Made by a program: the position numbers and the translations under genes
Source of the DNA: Promethearchaeota archaeon
GTDB lineage: Archaea; Asgardarchaeota; Thorarchaeia; Thorarchaeales; Thorarchaeaceae
Reading direction: 5' to 3'
DNA: 64,000 nucleotides
NCBI GenBank assembly: GCA_014730275.1
Contig: WJIL01000132.1
Span: 122,026-186,025 of the forward strand
Notes under the pieces: model-generated
What the model was told of the DNA's origin: nothing
Database searches by the model: none
The model's input: the letters and a program-made list of their open reading frames with translations, nothing else
Shown here: positions 18,509-28,921 of the stretch, in pieces
Layout of the letters: each line of letters starts with the position of its first letter
How positions within the stretch are numbered: the stretch's first letter is position 1

Positions 18509-19953
18509 CTCTCTTCTACTGGGAAATCCTCTACCTTCATGACGTACTGATAAAGCGTATTCAAAACTCTATCCGATACAGTAGATTGCTGCACCGGTCT
18601 CAATCCCTCTATGTTTTCTTCTTTAATGACGTGATTCAAGAATGCATCTGCTGATTGGAACTCTCTTCTTTCCTTGGACCACAAGTGGCCATGTTGCTCG
18701 AAAACGTTAGCGTTTGCCTTGGAGAATTCCCTGCAAGCTTCTTCCATCTCTATTGGTGGTCCTCTTCGATCATATTCTGGCGAGATACTGGCTCTTTCAA
18801 CAAGGAAGCCAAGGGCATACCTATCTTCCTCGAAATACACTTCTCCTATTGTTTTTCCGAATCTTTTCTCACCCGTCCTTTCTTTTTCCATTCGGTCAAC
18901 AATCTTTTTTGTTAGCTTATACAGCTTGTCTCTTAAAATCGTGTAGTGGGCAATTTGTTGAGACTGAAACTCGACAGCGATTGCGTGTGGCTTGAACCAA
19001 TCTGGCAATGGGTCCGTAGGAATATCGTCTTCAAGCAGGAATTGTATTAGTTCCTTATCTTTCTGCTTTTCTACAGCATTGATTAGGTTTCTAGAGCGAA
19101 GCCTAAGCCACTTGTAACCTCTCGAATCGAAACTTGAGGCTACATTTCTATCAAGATCAGTTGGATCGATGATGAATATGTGGTCATCACGGAATTCCTG
19201 TTTCTTTTTCAATTCATCGAGTGACCTATTTGCTGGGTCAACAGGATTTCTCTCCAGAGTTATTATCCGATCTAGTGCCCCTTCGAAATCGCCAAAATTT
19301 GTGACCAGGAGCTCAAGTGCATATCCTGTGAAACCCATTCTTCCGACAGCGCATTTGTCTCCGTAAACATGCGCGGCTCTAACGAACGATTTGAGTATCC
19401 GAATATCTGAACGCATTGTCCCTTTCAAATGCTTGAGCACATACTCTGTATGATGAAGTGTTCTATCTACTGCTGTAATCGGTCCTTTGGAGGCAATCTC
19501 ATCTTTTGATAGTTTGAAACAGCAGACAACATCAATTTCCTGCTCCTCCAACTGGAGCGAAAGATACGGATGCTCCGAATAGCTTTTCTGAATTCTTGTT
19601 GGCTCGAGTTCTTGTAATGCAGGATAAAACCATTTCTCAACAAATCCATCTAATACTTCAGAAAGCTTTCTGTCTCTCTTATCCTCGGGCAGGGAAATGA
19701 TTTTGCGGTAGTCTTTCGGATTCAATGTTACGAACAAATCAATGTCTGATGAACCCTTAAGCTGTGTTTGTTTCTTTCCAGTGGAACCATGGGCTTCTAT
19801 TGATTCGTAGTTGATTTCCAATCTTTTGCCATACGTTTTGAGTTGCGTTGATAGCTTGGCTATCATCTTCTTCTGATTACGAATTTCTTCTTCTGTGGGT
19901 GTGATTTCTTCTAGAATTCTTTGCCTGATGTCTTTGTCCAGTAGATTACCCAC
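18505..19953 (-). CDS. cca: CCA-adding tRNA nucleotidyltransferase (archaeal class I)
   Basis: N-terminal GSTGKKQTQLKGSSDIDLFV matches the archaeal CCA GS...LxGSDIDIFV nucleotidyltransferase motif. The stop overlaps the HDAC start by 4 nt. Confidence 0.7.
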   Translation of the reverse strand: MGNLLDKDIRQRILEEITPTEEEIRNQKKMIAKLSTQLKTYGKRLEINYESIEAHGSTGKKQTQLKGSSDIDLFVTLNPKDYRKIISLPEDKRDRKLSEVLDGFVEKWFYPALQELEPTRIQKSYSEHPYLSLQLEEQEIDVVCCFKLSKDEIASKGPITAVDRTLHHTEYVLKHLKGTMRSDIRILKSFVRAAHVYGDKCAVGRMGFTGYALELLVTNFGDFEGALDRIITLERNPVDPANRSLDELKKKQEFRDDHIFIIDPTDLDRNVASSFDSRGYKWLRLRSRNLINAVEKQKDKELIQFLLEDDIPTDPLPDWFKPHAIAVEFQSQQIAHYTILRDKLYKLTKKIVDRMEKERTGEKRFGKTIGEVYFEEDRYALGFLVERASISPEYDRRGPPIEMEEACREFSKANANVFEQHGHLWSKERREFQSADAFLNHVIKEENIEGLRPVQQSTVSDRVLNTLYQYVMKVEDFPVEER

Positions 19954-20108
19954 TATTGCGACCCAGCAAAAAGAAGACAGTCAATGCGCTTTGAATCTTA
20001 GCTTTATGCTTTCTAGTACTTGTTAGGTGAAAAACCATTTACGTTTAAATCACAGTCCACTCCTTCTAAGTAGTCGAATTCATATGGTTACATAGGAGAA
20101 GATGAAAG

Positions 20109-20597
20109 GTGCCTCTCATTACTCCCATTGCTATTACGATTCTGAAATGCGATGCGTCGTATATCTTTATCAAACGAAACAAGGCTCCGTATGAAAATCT
20201 GTTCAGCTTTGTTGGTGGCAAAATCGAACCTGGTGAACATATCAGGAAAGCGGCAATTAGAGAGGTAAAAGAAGAGACAAAGGCTACATCTGTAGAAAAA
20301 TACGAATACCGTGGAGTCGTTTCTGAACGCCTTGTTGATTCAGCGGGAACTCTCCTACAGCATTTTTTGATTTTCGTTGGCAGTGCAGTGATTCACGATT
20401 TTGAAGAAGACCATCGTGAAGGAACGATGGTTCTCTTTAGTGTGGATGATATTAGGGCGAAAAAAGATGAATTCTTGCCTAGTGATTGGCAAATGTTCAT
20501 GGCATTTGAATTAGATAATTCATTGACTCGAACATACGAGGCTGAGCTTGTGAACCTAGAACCTGGCTATGTACTGGAGTATTTTCGGAAGGTATAG
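20109..20597 (+). CDS. NUDIX hydrolase
   Basis: NUDIX box GGKIEPGEHIRKAAIREVKEETK. Confidence 0.8.
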   Translation: MPLITPIAITILKCDASYIFIKRNKAPYENLFSFVGGKIEPGEHIRKAAIREVKEETKATSVEKYEYRGVVSERLVDSAGTLLQHFLIFVGSAVIHDFEEDHREGTMVLFSVDDIRAKKDEFLPSDWQMFMAFELDNSLTRTYEAELVNLEPGYVLEYFRKV

Positions 20598-20599
20598 TT

Positions 20600-21580
20600 T
20601 TGATAATAGGAGATATCAAAATTCATCCGGTAGCGGCCGAGAGCATGGGTGTACGATCGCTGTGCACCCATATTACAACTCCTGATGTTAGTATTCTATT
20701 TGACCCGTCAGCTGGTTTGGCAATGCGTTTTGGTTTAGAGCCACACCCTCTAGAATATGAAGCATTAGAAAAATCTCTTGCAGACATAGTCTCATTGGCA
20801 AGAGAGTCTGATGTGCTTTCAATATCACACTATCATTACGACCATGTTCGACCAACATATACAAACTACCGCTATAATTTCAGCTCGCGAGAAGAAACGA
20901 TTCGCATGTTTGAGGATAAGCGAGTTCTAATTAAGGATCATCGTGACCATATTAACCCCTCCCAACGCAAAAGAGCCTACTATTTCAGGAAACATGTGGC
21001 TGATACTGCCGAGGAACTGGTCTGGACAGATGGCAAAGAATTCGATTTTGGTGATACCACTGTGGTATACACTGAGCCGCTGCCTCATGGACCTGATGAA
21101 ACTCCGTTAGGCTATGTGGTTGCTACCTGTGTTGAGTATGACAACGTGAGGGTCGTATTTGCTCCGGATATCCAGGGACCATCGAACAAGAAAAGCTTGC
21201 CCCATCTGTTGTCTCTTGAACCTGATGCAATGTTAGTTGGTGGTCCACCGATTTACTTGCCAAAGCATTTGTTTGGTGATGATGCCCGAAGCACCGCTCT
21301 CTTCTGTTTAGTTGCGCTTGCGAATAATTCGCGAAAGCTTGTTGTGGATCATCATCTTATGCGGTCGCTCACCTGGAATCATTGGCTAAAGCCCGTAAAG
21401 AATGCAGCAGACGAAGTGGGACATGATGTTCTTTCTATGGCTGAGCTCGCGGGAAAGAATGTCAATTGCCTCGAAGCACACAGAAGGCAGTTGTACGAAG
21501 AGAAGCCGCCAAGCCAAGACTTTCTTAACTGGACGAACGCAACCGACGAGTACAAGCGTCTTAACAAACCACCCCTCTAG
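20600..21580 (+). CDS. metallo-beta-lactamase-fold protein
   Basis: SHYHYDH (HxHxDH) motif. Immediately follows the NUDIX gene. Confidence 0.5.
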   Translation: MIIGDIKIHPVAAESMGVRSLCTHITTPDVSILFDPSAGLAMRFGLEPHPLEYEALEKSLADIVSLARESDVLSISHYHYDHVRPTYTNYRYNFSSREETIRMFEDKRVLIKDHRDHINPSQRKRAYYFRKHVADTAEELVWTDGKEFDFGDTTVVYTEPLPHGPDETPLGYVVATCVEYDNVRVVFAPDIQGPSNKKSLPHLLSLEPDAMLVGGPPIYLPKHLFGDDARSTALFCLVALANNSRKLVVDHHLMRSLTWNHWLKPVKNAADEVGHDVLSMAELAGKNVNCLEAHRRQLYEEKPPSQDFLNWTNATDEYKRLNKPPL

Positions 21581-21911
21581 GTATTATTCCTACAACATAG
21601 TTACGTATTGCCCGTAGATTTTCTGAAGGCGTCGATAGACCAGAGTCGACCATTGACTTATTTGGACTCGCTTTATGTGGAGGATTCCTTAGATTAAACA
21701 ATTGGTTGAAAAGCAGGGATAAGCATATTCAATTTATTAAGGTTGAATAGAATTGTATTTGTATACATCGAGAACCTGAGCTCGTTAGTGCGCAATTGCT
21801 TGATTACAGGAATGTCGCTGTTGGTACAATGAAACCCATTGAACGGAGTGACATTGGCTATGGATGTAGAGAATTTGATTTACGAAAGGGTGGGCAAGGA
21901 GTGTGCTATAA

Positions 21912-22325
21912 ATGAAGGAGCTTACGAAAGGCATCCTGACTACGGTACTGGATGGCAAAATCGACCTCGGGGAGCTACAAAATGATGTGGGAATCAATGA
22001 AGGCGAGAGTATCCTACTGATTGGAACACGAAGCAAATTTATTCGATTGATTCCTATTGAAGATCCTGAGATTGCTTTACTCCGTGTATGTATCGCAATA
22101 GATTCATTTGAGGACGCCTCCCATCTTCTACTCAAACGGATGCGTAATCTCAAGCTGAAACTCATACACTCAACAGGATTCTGTCCCCTCAGTGATAGAT
22201 GTATCTGGGAAGGTTACTTCTCTGGATTTCCAGAGGATAAAATGAACGAATTTCGAACTTGGTTGGACACGCTCGATATGGTCTTGGAGACCGAGCTTCA
22301 TCACCTTCACCAACAGCGGCAGTAG
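21912..22325 (+). CDS. hypothetical protein, possible AbrB/SpoVT-like N-terminal domain
   Basis: LDGKIDLGELQNDVGINEGESILLIGTRSKFIRLIPIE resembles a swapped-hairpin AbrB-type DNA-binding domain. This is weak. Confidence 0.35.
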   Translation: MKELTKGILTTVLDGKIDLGELQNDVGINEGESILLIGTRSKFIRLIPIEDPEIALLRVCIAIDSFEDASHLLLKRMRNLKLKLIHSTGFCPLSDRCIWEGYFSGFPEDKMNEFRTWLDTLDMVLETELHHLHQQRQ

Positions 22326-22339
22326 TGCGAGTGACCAAG

Positions 22340-22882
22340 ATGGAATACACAGAAGGTAAGCCAACAAAGGAGGTCATCCAGCGGTTCAAGAATGCCTCTG
22401 AAGAAGCTGCAAGCTATCTGGCGAGCCAAGAATATCAACAGGCGATGGCTCTTTACTTCGATGCCAGTCAGTCTGCTGATGCCATGACACAACGTTTTCT
22501 CGATTTAGTAGTAAAAACAGCTCCAAGCAATGCACATCGCACTTTACTCATTGAAGCTTTAAGCTGGCGTTTACGATACCTAACCTCACAATATGACTAT
22601 CATCTTGCTGTGGCACAAACCCTTGACGGTCTTCCGAGGGAGGAATGGCTGGCAAGAGTTGAAACCATATTGGCTCTGTCTCAAAGTCTGGTCGACAAGT
22701 TTCTGCCGATTATTGAGAAACTTGAGGACCATTCGCTTCGGGCTAGAGTCAATAATGTGCTTCGAGACTGGCTTAGTGGGATTCGAAAACTGGTGTCTAA
22801 TTTGCGGGGATGGAGACTATCCAGCTCTCAAGCTCAACAAGTTCTTGAATGGGCTTTGGATAACGGTCTTGACAAAATTTAG
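22340..22882 (+). CDS. hypothetical alpha-helical protein
   Basis: ORF with its start reset to the ATG at 22340, just after the upstream stop. No family recognised. Confidence 0.4.
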   Translation: MEYTEGKPTKEVIQRFKNASEEAASYLASQEYQQAMALYFDASQSADAMTQRFLDLVVKTAPSNAHRTLLIEALSWRLRYLTSQYDYHLAVAQTLDGLPREEWLARVETILALSQSLVDKFLPIIEKLEDHSLRARVNNVLRDWLSGIRKLVSNLRGWRLSSSQAQQVLEWALDNGLDKI

Positions 22883-22941
22883 CTATCTGATTCTTGCATA
22901 TTGATCTAAGAATACGCTACAAAGGAGGAAACGATATTCAG

Positions 22942-23166
22942 CTATTCCTCTTCGCCTTTCCCTTCGATAAAAGCTACCGCAACTTCGGTATCTGCTAGTT
23001 GATAATGACTATCAACGTAAATGATCAGGCAATGATCGTCGTGCTTGATTACTATCGGTGCTGGAAAGCGCTCGACCTCTTTTAGGGCTTTACTTGGTAA
23101 CTTCCAGTATATTGTTTTCTTGCAAACTGGACATCGAAGCCACTTTGCACCGGAATCACTAGGCAT
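22942..23166 (-). CDS. small zinc-ribbon protein (74 aa)
   Basis: CPVCKK...HDDHC pattern. Confidence 0.35.
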   Translation of the reverse strand: MPSDSGAKWLRCPVCKKTIYWKLPSKALKEVERFPAPIVIKHDDHCLIIYVDSHYQLADTEVAVAFIEGKGEEE

Positions 23167-23335
23167 TATTTATATCACCAGACGAGTTATTGCGCAATTC
23201 TACATCCATACTAAAAACGTTATTGCATGTTTGCCATTTGCAGTCTTAACGGGTTTAGGCACAGTAAAAATCTTTCTAGTTTTCATACTCTAACAAGACC
23301 AAAAAGCGCAGAAAAACAGGCATTTTCTCGAAAAA

Positions 23336-24163
23336 TCACTCTAAATCCATGTCCCATGCTCCTGGGTCCTCTAGTTCACGGCTTTGAATTGGCCCCTTTC
23401 TTCTTCTTAACCTCGATAAATCAAATCGGTCCGTATCAACAATGAGCTCAAGGGTTTCCTCATCAAGAAATGCAGGAATGTGTCCATTTCTCGTGCCTCT
23501 CCTTACTAGTGATTCCACCTTATCCTTTGATAATCCCGTGCTTTCTGAAAGGCTAGCAACAGTAACAGCTGCTTCGGATTCCAAAGAGGTTCGTACAAAA
23601 CCCTCGAAAGTTAGTGTAAAGATTTGTTGGATTTCTTCAACTCCGCCCCTATCAAGTACTCTTGTTAAGGCAGATTGGATATATCTATGGGCATCTCCAA
23701 ATTGATATTCGAGAAGCATCAAGGCAAGGTTAGTTTTCTCCTTTGCAGTCCCCTTCAATGTCTCTACTGATGCATGAATGAGCTCTTTAGCGAGATCTAT
23801 GTCTCCTCCAACTATAGCACAGAACGCTCCATCAATGAAATGATGTGGATTCTTGTCCTTTTCCGCAGCCATAATATGTCCCTCTGCAGCTATTTGATAA
23901 TCAAGCTCAAATTTCTCATATTCGCCTTGCCGGATCCATGCCATTGCTCCCTTCAACAGATAGTCAATTGCGGCATTGCAATCATGGCAGAGCATACCGT
24001 GCTCATATGCCCTTTCGTACGCTTTAGCAGCTTTAACGAATGATTCCCAGCGGTTCCAACATTCAGCAGCTCTATAGAACAATTCCATAGCTAGCTCATT
24101 GTTGCCTTCGTTTGCTTTTGCTTCTGCAATAGATTGAGCCTTCTTACAATCCTCAATAGCCAT
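23336..24163 (-). CDS. TPR-like helical repeat protein with C-terminal winged-helix (PCI-like architecture?)
   Basis: Repeated A/Y/W-rich helical hairpins. The C-terminal [29 protein letters not shown] looks like a winged helix. Confidence 0.4.
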   Translation of the reverse strand: MAIEDCKKAQSIAEAKANEGNNELAMELFYRAAECWNRWESFVKAAKAYERAYEHGMLCHDCNAAIDYLLKGAMAWIRQGEYEKFELDYQIAAEGHIMAAEKDKNPHHFIDGAFCAIVGGDIDLAKELIHASVETLKGTAKEKTNLALMLLEYQFGDAHRYIQSALTRVLDRGGVEEIQQIFTLTFEGFVRTSLESEAAVTVASLSESTGLSKDKVESLVRRGTRNGHIPAFLDEETLELIVDTDRFDLSRLRRRKGPIQSRELEDPGAWDMDLE

Positions 24164-24259
24164 GGATTTCTACACACTCTTCTTTCTTAGAGGAACTCTC
24201 TTTGCTGCTCTAAAGTATTGGCTATTACGAAGCATCAGCTGTTTTCTACATGTGCTTCT

Positions 24260-24946
24260 CTACTTGTCAGAAGTAATTACGCCATCTTTCATATGGAGAA
24301 TCCTCTCGGCGAATTTTGCCAAGCTTCTATCATGTGTAACTAGAATCACCGTCATTTCCTTTTCCTTGTTTAGCTTGGCAATAATCTTCATGATATTCTC
24401 GCCACTTTCTGAGTCGAGATTACCTGTTGGTTCATCACAGAAGAGAATCGGTGGATTATTGACAAGTGCACGAGCTATGGCTACTCGTTGCTGTTCACCA
24501 CCGCTCAGTTGGCGTGGGAAATGATCTTTGCGTTCCAACATATCTACTTCTCGTAAGACTCGAAGCGCCTTGGATTCTTGGTTTTTCTTATTCATTTCCT
24601 CATCAGGCCAGAGAACTGATTGTACGTTTTCAAAGGAGGTTAAATCTTCGATGAGGAGAAATGATTGAAAGACAAAACCAATCTTTTGGGCTCTTAGGCG
24701 TGGAAGATCCCTTTCACTGACCAATGTGACATCGACGCCATCAATGAGAATACGTCCTGAAGTTGGTTGCTCTAAACCGGCCATGACATGCAATAGGGTG
24801 GATTTACCACATCCTGATGGTCCATGCACAGCCACAAATTCACCAGGCGTCACTTCAATATTCACATTTTTCAATGCGGCCACTGTCTTTTTGCCTGACC
24901 CATACTCTTTGTTTACTTCTTCCGCTCTCAAGATTGGATTCGTCAT
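24260..24946 (-). CDS. ABC transporter ATP-binding protein
   Basis: [35 protein letters not shown]. Confidence 0.9.
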   Translation of the reverse strand: MTNPILRAEEVNKEYGSGKKTVAALKNVNIEVTPGEFVAVHGPSGCGKSTLLHVMAGLEQPTSGRILIDGVDVTLVSERDLPRLRAQKIGFVFQSFLLIEDLTSFENVQSVLWPDEEMNKKNQESKALRVLREVDMLERKDHFPRQLSGGEQQRVAIARALVNNPPILFCDEPTGNLDSESGENIMKIIAKLNKEKEMTVILVTHDRSLAKFAERILHMKDGVITSDK

Positions 24947-24949
24947 TTT

Positions 24950-25480
24950 CTATTCCTCCCTCAATGCTTGCATGGGTGGTATCTTCATCATTCGATAGTG
25001 TGCAAGACCGACACCTGGCAGCTGAAGTACAACAATGTAGATGAGAGTAACTACCATTGGCCACCATTCAACAGCAATGAGGTCCACCAACATTTGTAGA
25101 AGCCCCGTATCCAACCCCTCGAAGTAGGCAACAAGTCCGAGAACTTCAACGCTGGCTTGGAAAACAAGAAAGAAGGCAGCTATTGAAACAACAACTACTT
25201 CGCCAACAACCAAGAGCATAACATCATGATTTGTCCAACCGACACATTTCAGAATGCTTACGTCTCGTTTACGAAACTGCGAGATTAGTATGGCATAGAC
25301 CGTTGCAACGACTAGTGCGGTGAGGGGCCACAAGAACATTTCAAGAAGGGTCCCAGCTGAGCTTTGGATCCCTTTGGCTACAAGCACAAATAGGATTGCA
25401 TAAATCACAATGAATGAGAAGACTCGCTTCTTCGACCGAAAGGCCAGTTTCATGCTCTTCACAAGAATTCCTAGATTCAT
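24950..25480 (-). CDS. minimal FtsX-like ABC permease (4-TM core only, 176 aa)
   Basis: Four TM helices. RKRDVSILKCVGWT matches the FtsX RxxEIGILKAxG motif. No extracytoplasmic domain. Immediately downstream of the ATPase. Confidence 0.6.
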   Translation of the reverse strand: MNLGILVKSMKLAFRSKKRVFSFIVIYAILFVLVAKGIQSSAGTLLEMFLWPLTALVVATVYAILISQFRKRDVSILKCVGWTNHDVMLLVVGEVVVVSIAAFFLVFQASVEVLGLVAYFEGLDTGLLQMLVDLIAVEWWPMVVTLIYIVVLQLPGVGLAHYRMMKIPPMQALREE

Positions 25481-25556
25481 TATTCTCTTGCCCCGTTTCC
25501 TGTCTATGTATCATATTGATTAAAGTATATTGTGTTGACTGTTTCAGATGGAAATC

Positions 25557-25745
25557 CTATTCAGATGCTTCAGCCCGTAGCTCTCGTTTTGCTGGCATTC
25601 CTTCTTCAGGCCATAGCTCTTTCTGCAACAAATCTCGAATCGCAACTCGTATAGCCTCACTACGTGAGGGATACATTCCCATTTCTACGAGTTTGTCCAG
25701 CGATTTGATGTAAAGTTGGTTCATCTTTACTGTAATTATGTCCAT
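25557..25745 (-). CDS. ribbon-helix-helix (CopG/NikR-like) DNA-binding protein
   Basis: VKMNQLYIKSLDKLVEMGMYPSRSEAIRVAIRDLL is a canonical RHH. The start is taken at the internal MDII. Confidence 0.6.
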   Translation of the reverse strand: MDIITVKMNQLYIKSLDKLVEMGMYPSRSEAIRVAIRDLLQKELWPEEGMPAKRELRAEASE

Positions 25746-25914
25746 CTTTGCGGTCCTCCCGGCGTGACTTTTCACCTTCACGCGCGAATATAATATCTTC
25801 TGGTTTGAATGAGACCCGCGCCATTCTGAATGATTTATGACAGTCTGACCCGAAAAAGGCTATATGTGTTGTACCAGAAGAAAACCAAAAACGTTTCCCT
25901 TAGACTAGTACGCA

Positions 25915-26505
25915 TTGTCCAAGACGGAACCTAATGGGACGATTGAAATGGGGTACTCCTTAGTGTCAAGTTCAGCCAAGGATTTCCACTACGTACGGAA
26001 AGTTGTGATGATTGGAGCTGGAGGTAGCGGAAAAACCGCTTTAGTCAACCGCTTTCTAACGAACCGATTTACCGACCAATATATAGTTACAATCGGAAGC
26101 CAATTTGCGGTCAAAGTTGTACCAGTAAATGACTCAAATGGCAATGAGAGAAGAGTGAAACTACTCATATGGGATCTGGCTGGTCAGAAGCGATTTGATT
26201 TTATCAGGCACAGTTACTATAGGGGAGCAAAAGGAGCGTTGCTCGTATTCGATACTACTCGGCAAAGTACGTTTCGAGTACTTGACAACTGGATTGCAGA
26301 AACCAAGAAAGCTTTGAACACCTCTATTCCTATTATTGTCTTAGCCAACAAAATTGACCTGGAGGATCAACGAGTTGTTGGAACTCATGAAGGCCGTGAG
26401 TATGTTGCTGAAAAAGGACTGGCTGGATATCTTGAGACTAGTGCCCTCTCCGGAGAGAATGTTGAGAGAGCTTTCGAAATGCTTGCTGAAAATGTGATAC
26501 CTTGA
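25915..26505 (+). CDS. Ras-superfamily small GTPase, Rab-like
   Basis: G1 GAGGSGKT, switch TIGSQF, G3 WDLAGQKRF, G4 LANKIDL, G5 ETSAL. Confidence 0.8.
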   Translation: MSKTEPNGTIEMGYSLVSSSAKDFHYVRKVVMIGAGGSGKTALVNRFLTNRFTDQYIVTIGSQFAVKVVPVNDSNGNERRVKLLIWDLAGQKRFDFIRHSYYRGAKGALLVFDTTRQSTFRVLDNWIAETKKALNTSIPIIVLANKIDLEDQRVVGTHEGREYVAEKGLAGYLETSALSGENVERAFEMLAENVIP

Positions 26506-26605
26506 TTACTTGCTCATCTGAACTGTGATTCTCTGTTTGGTGCTGCCGATAAGCATAATTATCGTGAGTTTGTGCGTCATATTACACGAAGGATGAAGCT
26601 GAACA

Positions 26606-27730
26606 ATGGACTTGGATATAGACTTTCTAGAGAAGCTTTGTAATGCTTTTGGACCTAGCGGATTTGAACAAGAAGCCCAACGGATTGCTAGGGATTATGG
26701 TCAAGAATTTGCGGACGAGGTCATGTATGACAGGATGGGATCTGTCATTTTCAAACGCGGGAATTCTGGACCCAAAATCATGCTTGCCGGACATGTAGAT
26801 GAGATAGGATTCGTTGTTACCGAGATAAAGAAGAACGGGTTCTTGAAATTCCATAGCTTAGGTGGTTGGTGGGACCAGACTCTCCTCACTCAAGAGGTTG
26901 TCATCAAACCGTCTGAAGGTGATGAAAAGATCATCGGTGTTATTGGGGCACCTCCACCGCATGTACTTGACGCCGAGACGCGAAAGAAGCCAGTTAAACT
27001 AAAGGACATGTATATGGATATTGGCTGCAGTTCCAAGGAGGAAGTGGAAGAATTAGGAGTTAGAGTAGGTGATCCCGCTGTCCCTCATGCAAGGTTTCGC
27101 ACAATGGAACGAACCAGGAAGGAGAAGGATGAGGATGGTGAGGAAGAAAGAACCCATGAAACTACCGTTGGGGTCGCTAAGGCTTTTGATGATCGGATTG
27201 GTGTTTTCATTGTACTGGAGGTCTTGCGTCGTCTTAGCACTAATGACCTAAGTCATCCTAATACCATCTATGCTGTATCAACCGCGCAGGAAGAAGTGGG
27301 TCTTCGGGGGGCTAGAACTGCTGCACAGATGATAAAGCCTGATTTAGGATTCGCCCTTGATGTTGACATTTCTGGTGATGTTCCTGGTGCAAAGGATCTT
27401 GTACAGAAAATGGGGAATGGTGTCTCTATTTCAGCAGGCGATGGTTCAATGATACCCAATCCTCGATTCAGGAAGTTTGTGTTAGACATCGCTGAGGAAA
27501 TTGGGGTTAAACATCAGCCAGCGTTTTTGAGAAGTGGCGGTACAGATGCCGGTATAATCCACATAACTGGAATGGGTGCACCTTCTCTGTTTATTGGTAT
27601 CCCGACCAGGCATATTCACTCACATCATGGTATGCTTGACTTCAATGATGTGGAAAATGCTGTCACGCTACTTGTTGAAGTTATTCAACGACTTGATGAA
27701 AAAACGGCGAAAAGCTTCACCGAGCTATAA
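26606..27730 (+). CDS. M42-family (TET/FrvX-like) aminopeptidase
   Basis: GHVDEIGFVVTEI and DDRIGVFIVLEVLRRL are M42 hallmarks. Confidence 0.85.
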   Translation: MDLDIDFLEKLCNAFGPSGFEQEAQRIARDYGQEFADEVMYDRMGSVIFKRGNSGPKIMLAGHVDEIGFVVTEIKKNGFLKFHSLGGWWDQTLLTQEVVIKPSEGDEKIIGVIGAPPPHVLDAETRKKPVKLKDMYMDIGCSSKEEVEELGVRVGDPAVPHARFRTMERTRKEKDEDGEEERTHETTVGVAKAFDDRIGVFIVLEVLRRLSTNDLSHPNTIYAVSTAQEEVGLRGARTAAQMIKPDLGFALDVDISGDVPGAKDLVQKMGNGVSISAGDGSMIPNPRFRKFVLDIAEEIGVKHQPAFLRSGGTDAGIIHITGMGAPSLFIGIPTRHIHSHHGMLDFNDVENAVTLLVEVIQRLDEKTAKSFTEL

Positions 27731-27771
27731 CTAGTGATAGAAAAAAATGGCTGGGGTACGATTTGCGTACC

Positions 27772-28869
27772 CTAGCGCTCTCTTTCTCCAGCTATAAACT
27801 CATCTACTCTTTTCCGTGCTTCGAAATCATCTATTTGATAGCGCGGATGCTTGAATGAATATGAGCTGATGCTGGAAAGCTCGCCACCAATGCCTCGGTC
27901 AAGTGCGATTTTGATAGCCCTTGCCACATCGATGATAACTCCGGCGCTGTTGGGCGAATCCTGGACTGACAACTTCAAATCCACATCAACTGGTAGGTCT
28001 CCGAAAGAATTCGCTCTCATCGAAATGTAGCATACTTTATTATCGTCAAGAAATGGGACATAATCACTAGGACCAATCTTGGTTGGCAGGTGATACTTAA
28101 CGCAGCTTGTTACTGCTTCTGTCTTACTGACCCTTTTCGAGCTGAGCCGTTCCTCAACCTGCATATTCTCAAAGTCGGTATTCCCTCCGATATTTAGCTG
28201 ATATGTATTGTTGACAATCAGACCACGCTTATCGAATAGTTGTGCCAACACTCTGTGAAGAATAGTAGCACCTAGCTGGCTTTTGATATCATCACCAGCA
28301 CAAGGAATATCCCGTTCTCTGAACTTCTTGGTGATTGGATCCTCTGGATCAGAAACGATGAATTCGGGAATTGCATTGACGAATCCCACACCAGCCTCGA
28401 GAGCAGCCTTTGCATATATCCGGGAACCATCAGCGCTTCCGACAGGCAGGTAGTTGATTAGCATATCAGCTTCTGCTTCTCTGAGTTCTTCAGCCACATC
28501 GACGGGTTCAACATCATCGTCATATGCGAAGAATGAGTCCATCATATGGTCCGCAACACCGTCGGAAATGGGACCCGGTAACACTTCAACACCTGTCTTG
28601 GGTAGATCGGGTGCGAATTTCGCACAGCAATTAGGCTCCTCCCAAATAGCCTCGGAGATATCCTTGCCTATCTTTCGCTCATTTGCTTCAAAGGCAGCTA
28701 CAAATTTCAAATCCTTAGGGAAGTAACCGCCAAAATCAACATGCATCAAACCTGGAATCTCTTCATCCGCCTTGGCATCTTTGTAGTAATGTACACCCTG
28801 AATGAGTGCAGAGGCACAATTGCCCAATCCAGCTATAGCAATTCTAACATCATCGCCCATGTTCATCAT
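27772..28869 (-). CDS. myo-inositol-1-phosphate synthase (archaeal type)
   Basis: N-terminal VRIAIAGLGNCASALIQG Rossmann motif, ~360 aa, typical of archaeal IPS. Confidence 0.7.
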   Translation of the reverse strand: MMNMGDDVRIAIAGLGNCASALIQGVHYYKDAKADEEIPGLMHVDFGGYFPKDLKFVAAFEANERKIGKDISEAIWEEPNCCAKFAPDLPKTGVEVLPGPISDGVADHMMDSFFAYDDDVEPVDVAEELREAEADMLINYLPVGSADGSRIYAKAALEAGVGFVNAIPEFIVSDPEDPITKKFRERDIPCAGDDIKSQLGATILHRVLAQLFDKRGLIVNNTYQLNIGGNTDFENMQVEERLSSKRVSKTEAVTSCVKYHLPTKIGPSDYVPFLDDNKVCYISMRANSFGDLPVDVDLKLSVQDSPNSAGVIIDVARAIKIALDRGIGGELSSISSYSFKHPRYQIDDFEARKRVDEFIAGERER

Positions 28870-28921
28870 CCTTGATTTGCAACTATTCTTTGGTCATAAA
28901 ATAGTTGGCATTTATTAAATG

